A stretch of DNA of 64,000 bases from a virus (Duplodnaviria > Caudoviricetes): positions 32,001-96,000 of IMG/VR virus record IMGVR_UViG_3300032303_002003; one strand, 5' to 3'. The notes under the pieces are model-generated. The model had not been told where the DNA came from, did no database searches, and worked only from the letters and a program-made list of their open reading frames with translations. The translations under genes and the position numbers were made by a program. Shown here piece by piece: positions 57,884 to 64,000 of the stretch. Numbering within the stretch: position 1 is the first letter of the stretch; each line of letters begins with the position of its first letter.

Positions 57884-59038
57884 ATGAATATAGACAAACA
57901 ATACCAAAAATTACTTCAGGATATAATCCATAATGGAGTTGAAAAGAAAGACAGAACCGGTACAGGAACCATAAGTGTTTTCGGTAGACAAATCCGCCAC
58001 AAAATGAGTGAGGGATTTCCTTTACTAACTACAAAGAAAATGCATTGGAAGTCAATCGTAACAGAACTACTATGGTTCTTGCGTGGTGAAACCAATATCA
58101 AACATCTTGTCGATAATGGATGTCATATATGGGATGGTGATGCTTATAAGAGATATGTAAAATCATTCTTCGTTGGGGAATTAGCTAAAAACTATGAAAA
58201 TGATTTTGATGAGTATTATTTTAATATAATGGAACACCAAAACCTATTAGGATGGCCTCAGGAAGGACCGATATCAAAAGAAGAGTTCATCGGCAAAATC
58301 AAAACCGATGATGAGTTTGCTAGTAAGTGGGGTGAATTAGGACCGATTTATGGTAGACAGTGGAGGGGATGGAAATATATGGGGCCTAAATCTCAAAAAG
58401 AGATGTTAGATGAGAATACTAATTGGCCTTGGAAAATAACAGAAATAGACCAAATCGCAAACTCAATCAATTTGCTTAAAATAGACCCAGATTCTAGACG
58501 CAATAAAGTTAATGCTTGGAATGTAGGTGAGTTAGACCAAATGGTACTTCCACCCTGTCATACTGATTTTCAATTTTATACGAGAGAGTTCCGTATAGAT
58601 GAACGATATAATTTGATTGAGAAAGATAAACATACTCAGTTTGCAAATTGGCAAGATTTAGGCACTGATAGATTAAAAGAGGTGTTAGATGAAAAAAATG
58701 TACCAACCAGAGCAATCTCTTTAATGTGGAGTCAACGCTCAGTAGATACATTCCTTGGTTTACCATTCAATATAGCGTCTTATGGATTGCTACTTGAAAT
58801 CATAGCCAAAGAAGTTAATATGATTCCTGATGAATTGATTGGTAATTTGGGTGACGTTCATTTGTATAATAATCACAAAGAACAAGCGGTAGAACAAATT
58901 GGAAGAGACCCATATGAGTTACCAACATTAGAAATACACTCAAGTAAAATTGATGATATTGCACATCACGAAATTGCTGACTTTGAAATAAAAAACTATC
59001 AATCACATCCAAGTATTAAAGCACCACTAAGTAATTAA
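57884..59038 (+). CDS. thyA: thymidylate synthase
   Basis: DRTGTGT, ELLWFL, LPPCH, QRSVDTFLGLPFNIASY, GDVHLY. Confidence 0.96.
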   Translation: MNIDKQYQKLLQDIIHNGVEKKDRTGTGTISVFGRQIRHKMSEGFPLLTTKKMHWKSIVTELLWFLRGETNIKHLVDNGCHIWDGDAYKRYVKSFFVGELAKNYENDFDEYYFNIMEHQNLLGWPQEGPISKEEFIGKIKTDDEFASKWGELGPIYGRQWRGWKYMGPKSQKEMLDENTNWPWKITEIDQIANSINLLKIDPDSRRNKVNAWNVGELDQMVLPPCHTDFQFYTREFRIDERYNLIEKDKHTQFANWQDLGTDRLKEVLDEKNVPTRAISLMWSQRSVDTFLGLPFNIASYGLLLEIIAKEVNMIPDELIGNLGDVHLYNNHKEQAVEQIGRDPYELPTLEIHSSKIDDIAHHEIADFEIKNYQSHPSIKAPLSN

Positions 59039-59041
59039 CCA

Positions 59042-59392
59042 ATGGAAATTAAAAAGATTACATATAATGATGTTGAGAATGAGTTTAAAGAACTCAAACC
59101 TGACCTATTAGATAAACACGCCACTTACTACGGATGTTTAATTAAAAATGAATTGGTTGGCGTTGTGTCTTATGTGGAACACGAATCAGTAATCTACTTA
59201 TGTCATGCTTATGTTAAAGAAGAACACAGAAATAAAGGGATATATAAACTATTGTGGAACTACAGAGATTCAAAAATTAAAGATACTGATAAGATAGTTT
59301 ACGCACACTGCAATGTTGATAGCCTAAAACATTTTATAAATAATGGCTACACAATAGAGAAAGGATTGTTTAAAGTTGTTAAAACAAAATAA
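59042..59392 (+). CDS. GNAT acetyltransferase
   Basis: YVKEEHRNKGIYKLL acetyl-CoA motif A. Confidence 0.8.
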   Translation: MEIKKITYNDVENEFKELKPDLLDKHATYYGCLIKNELVGVVSYVEHESVIYLCHAYVKEEHRNKGIYKLLWNYRDSKIKDTDKIVYAHCNVDSLKHFINNGYTIEKGLFKVVKTK

Positions 59393-59395
59393 AAT

Positions 59396-59584
59396 ATGGA
59401 AAATAATAAAATTGGTTCGGATATTGGATTAGAAGATAAAGTTTGTTATAATTGCCAACATCTTGCTTGGATGATTGGAATAGGTCAAGGATTAAAATGT
59501 ACAAATCCGAAGAAAGAAAAAAAATACGAAACAATTCCAAGTATCAAACACACTTGCGAATTATTTAAATCAAAAAATAAATAA
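59396..59584 (+). CDS. small Cys-rich protein
   Basis: C..C.H...C...C pattern. Confidence 0.55.
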   Translation: MENNKIGSDIGLEDKVCYNCQHLAWMIGIGQGLKCTNPKKEKKYETIPSIKHTCELFKSKNK

Positions 59585-59585
59585 T

Positions 59586-59819
59586 ATGAAAAAAATTTTA
59601 TTTGTATTAGCATTAATAATCTCATTATCATCTTGTTATATTGAACCACCATATTATTCGCAGTGTGGAGAAGTTGTTGGGCCGGGATTTGTTCAGTATA
59701 CAAGTTGGGGTTATAGATATTATCTACCTGTAAGAATGTATAATGGATTTGTTATGGATGTTCTTGTTGACCAATTCACTTTTAACAACGCAGGACCTGG
59801 AATGAGAATTTGTTATTGA
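59586..59819 (+). CDS. lipoprotein
   Basis: MKKILFVLALIISLSS-C lipobox. Confidence 0.7.
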   Translation: MKKILFVLALIISLSSCYIEPPYYSQCGEVVGPGFVQYTSWGYRYYLPVRMYNGFVMDVLVDQFTFNNAGPGMRICY

Positions 59820-59844
59820 TAAGAAATTATCTTATATTTGCATT

Positions 59845-60522
59845 ATGAAAAATTTACTACTACTATTAACAGTAACAACTATTTTAAGTTGTTCGAAAAA
59901 TGATGAAATTTCAAGACAAACGAGTAACGATGTTCCTCAGGTTCAAATTGGTTCACAAATTTGGGCTAAAAGAAATCTTGACGTATCAACCTACAGAAAT
60001 GGAGATACAATCCCACAAGTAACCGACCCAACAGAATGGAGAAATTTAACCACAGGTGCTTGGTGTTATTATAACAATGACCCTGAAATGGGAAAAATTT
60101 ATGGAAAGTTATATAATTGGGAAGCCGTTTCCGACCCAAGAGGACTCGCACCTCAAGGGTGGAAAATACCATCAGATTCTGATTGGACAATTCTAACTAA
60201 TTATTTGGGCGGTGACTCTCTTGCTGGTGTAAAATTAAAAGAAAGTGGTACAGAACATTGGATTATAAATTTTTATGGTACAAATAATTATGGTTTTAGT
60301 GCACTTCCGAATGGAATTAGATGTGAAGATGGTGCGTTTTGTGTTTTAGGTATTAAATCTAACTGGTGGTCAAATACTTATTTACCACCACACGGTTGTT
60401 TTCCTGGTGGAGGCGTTACTAGAAGCTTATATGGTGAAGATTTTGGATTTTATCAAAATCAATTAAAAATGGGTGGTATGAAATATTTTTACGGATTATC
60501 TGTTAGATGTTTAAAAAATTAA
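59845..60522 (+). CDS. lipoprotein with Fibrobacter succinogenes major paralogous (FISUMP) domain
   Basis: LS-C lipobox; VQIGSQIW...NL, YGKLYNW, LAP.GW.IPS..DW, GLSVRCLK. Confidence 0.88.
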   Translation: MKNLLLLLTVTTILSCSKNDEISRQTSNDVPQVQIGSQIWAKRNLDVSTYRNGDTIPQVTDPTEWRNLTTGAWCYYNNDPEMGKIYGKLYNWEAVSDPRGLAPQGWKIPSDSDWTILTNYLGGDSLAGVKLKESGTEHWIINFYGTNNYGFSALPNGIRCEDGAFCVLGIKSNWWSNTYLPPHGCFPGGGVTRSLYGEDFGFYQNQLKMGGMKYFYGLSVRCLKN

Positions 60523-60535
60523 TTATATTTGTATT

Positions 60536-60745
60536 ATGGAAAACAAAAAATCTTTAGACGAATTAGAAGACTCGGGTGATTTAATGGAATATCTTAAGTC
60601 AGAGAGGTTCCAACAAGAAATGCTTGAAAGAATAAAAGAAAGTACTTGGGAAGAAGGGCTTCCTATGATTTATATGGATAAAGAAGGGTGGTTGGTTAAA
60701 GAGTGGAAAGATGGAAAAATTGAAAAAGTAAAAAAATTGCAATGA
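60536..60745 (+). CDS. hypothetical protein
   Basis: 69 aa; TATATTTG four nt before ATG. Confidence 0.6.
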   Translation: MENKKSLDELEDSGDLMEYLKSERFQQEMLERIKESTWEEGLPMIYMDKEGWLVKEWKDGKIEKVKKLQ

Positions 60746-61158
60746 AAAAATTATTCTTGGACGACATCAGGGTTCCTTTTGACTGCGCAAAATATATGCG
60801 TCCTGACGACTTAAAATATATGTATGAGGATGAGGAGTGGGATATTGTAAGAACTTATAATGATTTTGTTGGGTATATTGAACATTTCGGTGTGCCTGAT
60901 TTAATCTCATTTGACCACGACTTGGCCGACGAACACTACTCACCTATGATGTATGATAATAGTTCATTATATAATCAGTTATACGATGAATTCAAAGAAA
61001 AAACCGGCTATGATTGTGCCAAATGGTTATGTAATTACTGTTCTGAAAACGGATTACCTTTACCAACATATTTGGTTCATTCAATGAATCCTGTCGGTAG
61101 GGATAATATCTTGGGAGTTTTTAAGAACTTTGAAAGATTTGAAAAAAGGGTGAAGTAA
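60742..61158 (+). CDS. cyclic-phosphate processing receiver-like domain protein
   Basis: LFLDDIR, ISFDHDL, TGYDCAKWL and HSMNPVG motifs. Confidence 0.75.
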   Translation: MKKLFLDDIRVPFDCAKYMRPDDLKYMYEDEEWDIVRTYNDFVGYIEHFGVPDLISFDHDLADEHYSPMMYDNSSLYNQLYDEFKEKTGYDCAKWLCNYCSENGLPLPTYLVHSMNPVGRDNILGVFKNFERFEKRVK

Positions 61159-61187
61159 TTTTCACCTTTTTTTTATATTTATTGTTT

Positions 61188-61805
61188 ATGGAGAATGCAA
61201 GTTTATTTCACAACTACTCAAAAAAACATTTGGCTTTTATTATAAGTGAGCTCATTAATAATAATTTTGATTTTACTGACCCATATGCGGATGATTATAA
61301 TATAAATATTCTTGAGGATGCGGTAAAACCATTTGGTGAATCAATATCAGATATTGATATGGAGTTTTTTTCAAAACTAATTCAAAACGATGAGGGGTTG
61401 GCGGTTGAGATTTCAAATTCAAAATCAAGTAAATCTTTATATGAAAGATTGGAAATACCAAAAGTAGACAAATATAATGTACACTGGAAAGAGAGAGGTT
61501 CTTGTACTTATGAAAGATTTTTTAGAGATACTTGGGATTCATACGATAAAGATTGGGTTGAATACGCAATTGATAAGGCACATAATGATGGAAATTATGA
61601 AAAATGGAGTGCAGAATACGATACAGATTATGAGAATTTTGAATCTTATGATGATGTTTTCACAAGTGTTGAAAAAATTGTAGAAACAAAACAATCAGGA
61701 ATTGATAAACTTGTAATTGAAAATACAAGTTATGCGATTGATTCACTTGATAGAAAATCTTTAATTATTCTTAAAAGTATAATTGATAAGAAGTTAGGAC
61801 TTTAA
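61188..61805 (+). CDS. hypothetical late protein
   Basis: ATG five nt after TATTTAT. Confidence 0.6.
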   Translation: MENASLFHNYSKKHLAFIISELINNNFDFTDPYADDYNINILEDAVKPFGESISDIDMEFFSKLIQNDEGLAVEISNSKSSKSLYERLEIPKVDKYNVHWKERGSCTYERFFRDTWDSYDKDWVEYAIDKAHNDGNYEKWSAEYDTDYENFESYDDVFTSVEKIVETKQSGIDKLVIENTSYAIDSLDRKSLIILKSIIDKKLGL

Positions 61806-62012
61806 CTTCTTTTTTTGGTCTGCAAGGTCTCCTAAAGTCATCTTTTTTTGATTCCACGGATTGAAACTTCTCTTCCACTTATATTCCACGTTTATAGGTC
61901 CATAAGGGTTCTTATTTAAGTCGTATTTCCAAATTGAAGTACATTCGTCATCTTCATAGATACGTTCAAATTTGGTGGGTTTCTCTACTTTTGGGTTGAT
62001 TGATACTGCCAT
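61794..62012 (-). CDS. hypothetical protein
   Basis: 72 aa ORF. Confidence 0.6.
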   Translation of the reverse strand: MAVSINPKVEKPTKFERIYEDDECTSIWKYDLNKNPYGPINVEYKWKRSFNPWNQKKMTLGDLADQKKKLKS

Positions 62013-62013
62013 A

Positions 62014-62952
62014 TTAAATACATTTTTGAACTAGTGATGAAATTGGTTTTGGTGGTACCTTTTTATCGTGAAAATAATAAAACTCTCCTTCAGATGGAAA
62101 TACTGAAATACCTTTATAAGGTATTGATTTTAACGCATCATTCTGGTTTGATTTAACTTGTATTGAAAACCAAATATTTCTACATTTCATCGCACCATCA
62201 AATCCTGCTCTATCTACAAAATTACCACCGCCTGAAAAAATCCTTAAATTTTCTTCACTCACACCTAATTGTCTTAACTGATTAAAAAATTTATTTTCAA
62301 CTTCTTGTCCTCCACCCCAAGTTTTTGAAAAAATAGTTTGTTTATAATTTTCTCTATCAATCAATATCGCTCTTAATAAATCGTGAGCGGCCATTGAGTC
62401 CGAACCACCACTATAATATTCTTCTAAAAAATCATCAACATTTATTTCTGTATTAGAATCAATTCTATTGTTAATTAAATTAATCCACAGAATAATATTA
62501 TTATCAAACATATTAACAATACTCCATTCGTCGTCTTTTTCGTGAAATAAAACAATAAATTTTGAATTTGGATTAACTAATTGTAATTCTAAAAAATCTA
62601 AATTTTCTTTTAAATCATTTCTTTTTGAATTTGATAATTCTAAATTATCAAAAACAAAATTAATATCCTCTATATTTTTTTTAATAAACTCAGCACTAGG
62701 AACTTTTAATTGTAAACCATGCTTTTCTAACCAATAATTTATTTTTCTATTAGTATTAGGTTCAATATAATTTTTAATATCACTAAAAATTTTCACACCC
62801 GAACCTTTAATTTTATCTTTCTGAGAATCAGTTAAAGAGTTATAGGTTAATTTCTTTAAATTTGGTTTTTTTTCAGTATTATTATCTTCCATAATAGTTC
62901 TTTTCACCAAAGATACTAACTCAGATTCACTTAACCTAATAATTTTTTTCAT
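62014..62952 (-). CDS. class A leader protein with PD-(D/E)xK-like C-terminal domain
   Basis: MKKIIRLSESELVSLVKRTIME; G.EVE...D..GFD......SIQVKS. Confidence 0.55.
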   Translation of the reverse strand: MKKIIRLSESELVSLVKRTIMEDNNTEKKPNLKKLTYNSLTDSQKDKIKGSGVKIFSDIKNYIEPNTNRKINYWLEKHGLQLKVPSAEFIKKNIEDINFVFDNLELSNSKRNDLKENLDFLELQLVNPNSKFIVLFHEKDDEWSIVNMFDNNIILWINLINNRIDSNTEINVDDFLEEYYSGGSDSMAAHDLLRAILIDRENYKQTIFSKTWGGGQEVENKFFNQLRQLGVSEENLRIFSGGGNFVDRAGFDGAMKCRNIWFSIQVKSNQNDALKSIPYKGISVFPSEGEFYYFHDKKVPPKPISSLVQKCI

Positions 62953-63014
62953 ATTTCTATAAATACTATGTAAAAATAAAAAACCCCACTCTTTTGAAGT
63001 GGGGTTTAATGTTT

Positions 63015-63290
63015 TTACTCAGCTGGAGGAGGTGGAGGTGTGTCATCAGGGTTTGTTGGTTTTTTTCCCCATATTTTATCAACAGAGGATAAACCCAAAC
63101 ATCCAAAAGCCAACATAGCCACAGCATCTACTAACGGAGTTGATGGTGCAATGTGTTGTTCTGTGAAACTATTTTGATACAAAGTCGCACAAAGTGTGAT
63201 TGTACAAAAAAGTCCACAAAGACGCTTCATTGAAACATTTCCGTGTTCATCTGAGAATAAACTTCTGATAGAATTAAAAAGTCCTTTCAT
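63015..63290 (-). CDS. two-TM protein, possible holin
   Basis: SMKRL followed by two hydrophobic segments; TATTTAT upstream. Confidence 0.5.
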   Translation of the reverse strand: MKGLFNSIRSLFSDEHGNVSMKRLCGLFCTITLCATLYQNSFTEQHIAPSTPLVDAVAMLAFGCLGLSSVDKIWGKKPTNPDDTPPPPPAE

Positions 63291-63353
63291 AATATTGGTA
63301 ATTTACTTACCAATAAATAGTTTCAAAAAGTAAATAGTTAATACTATTTTTTG

Positions 63354-63428
63354 TGGTAGGACCAAGAATCGAACTTGGGGCACACGACATCTCTGCACGC
63401 TGCTCTAACCCACTGAGCTATCACTACC
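63354..63428 (-). ncRNA. tRNA-like RNA lacking a canonical anticodon loop
   Basis: Good D-arm GCTC/GAGC and T-arm CCAAG-TTCGATT-CTTGG; bulged acceptor stem; anticodon arm folds best with a GAGA tetraloop. Confidence 0.7.
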
Positions 63429-63432
63429 ATTA

Positions 63433-63723
63433 TTAATTTATTAAATTCCCGTCAATATATTTTTTAATTGTTCTTCTCAAAGTTGGTTCGTCAATATCAT
63501 TCCATTTACCATCTTCCAAATTGAAAATTTTATTAACCATATTTTTTTTATTTCCGGTTAATATTTTCCTTTTGTCATCAATTGTTATAAAATGAACGAT
63601 ATTATCAAGTATTTTTTGAGAATCTACGGGGTACGCTCTTTTAAGATGTCTTAAAAACTCATCCGAAGTATTATCTTGATATTTTGATAAAATTTGTTTT
63701 TTTTCTTCTTCGCTAATGAACAT
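63433..63723 (-). CDS. hypothetical protein with class C leader (MFISEEEKKQILSKY)
   Basis: ATG four nt after TATTTAT. Confidence 0.6.
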   Translation of the reverse strand: MFISEEEKKQILSKYQDNTSDEFLRHLKRAYPVDSQKILDNIVHFITIDDKRKILTGNKKNMVNKIFNLEDGKWNDIDEPTLRRTIKKYIDGNLIN

Positions 63724-63759
63724 AATGATAAATATAATATTTATTTTAAAAATAATCAA

Positions 63760-63882
63760 ATGGCAAAAGGTTCTAATGACTCAAGAAAATTAACTTTCGG
63801 TAAAAGAAAAAAAGGTGCAGCTAAAAAAGCGTTTAACAAACATAATAAAAGACCGAAAAAATACGTGGGGCAAGGTAGATAA
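63760..63882 (+). CDS. small very basic peptide, 40 aa
   Basis: MAKGSNDSRKLTFGKRKKG...KKYVGQGR; TATTTAT upstream. Confidence 0.55.
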   Translation: MAKGSNDSRKLTFGKRKKGAAKKAFNKHNKRPKKYVGQGR

Positions 63883-63909
63883 TTTCTAATCCTATCTTAT
63901 ATTTTTAAT

Positions 63910-64000
63910 ATGGACCCGAAAAAAAGGCTTTTTCGACTGATAGAGGTGTACCTTAATGAGTACAGAAAAAATGAAGTGGAAGAGATATATGGAAAGGGTA
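63910..64000 (+). CDS. 3'-truncated hypothetical protein
   Basis: MDPKKRLFRLIEVYLNEY..., open to the window end. Confidence 0.45.
   Translation, partial: MDPKKRLFRLIEVYLNEYRKNEVEEIYGKG

Noticed and set aside
63354-63428. Functional tRNA-Leu(GAG)
   Set aside because: No U33, mispaired anticodon stem and no long variable arm
1-64000. CRISPR array
   Set aside because: No series of constant repeats with unique spacers seen; repeats are coding tracts, terminators or a single 2-copy repeat
1-64000. Stop-codon reassignment as in some large Bacteroidota phages
   Set aside because: Core genes are full length in the standard code, and TAG and TGA both end genes at sensible places

Overview
AT-rich 64 kb segment of a large T4-like (gp17/gp20/gp21/gp23) lytic phage using the standard genetic code. 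The host is most likely Bacteroidota: a Flavobacteria-like bS21 lies beside the portal, TAnnTTTG -7 promoters recur, Shine-Dalgarno motifs are scarce, and DUF4494, FISUMP and lipoprotein genes are present. The window holds a baseplate fragment, the head module, a proteostasis set (tmRNA, ClpC-like ATPase, ClpP, Hsp20, FKBP), RNA-repair-type enzymes, ThyA, lysis genes, three free-standing HNH nucleases and one tRNA-Glu. The most unusual signals are: (1) about 20 unrelated proteins behind a TATTTAT motif sharing three families of N-terminal leaders ending in hydrophobic-x-Glu, a candidate capsid cargo-loading system; (2) several ORF-less structured transcription units, two of them 16 kb apart with about 23 nt of complementarity covering a 14-codon micro-ORF start; (3) two non-canonical tRNA-like RNAs; (4) HNH genes whose promoters abut copies of sequence resembling the adjacent RNA gene. 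All family names come from motif recognition by eye; no searches were run.
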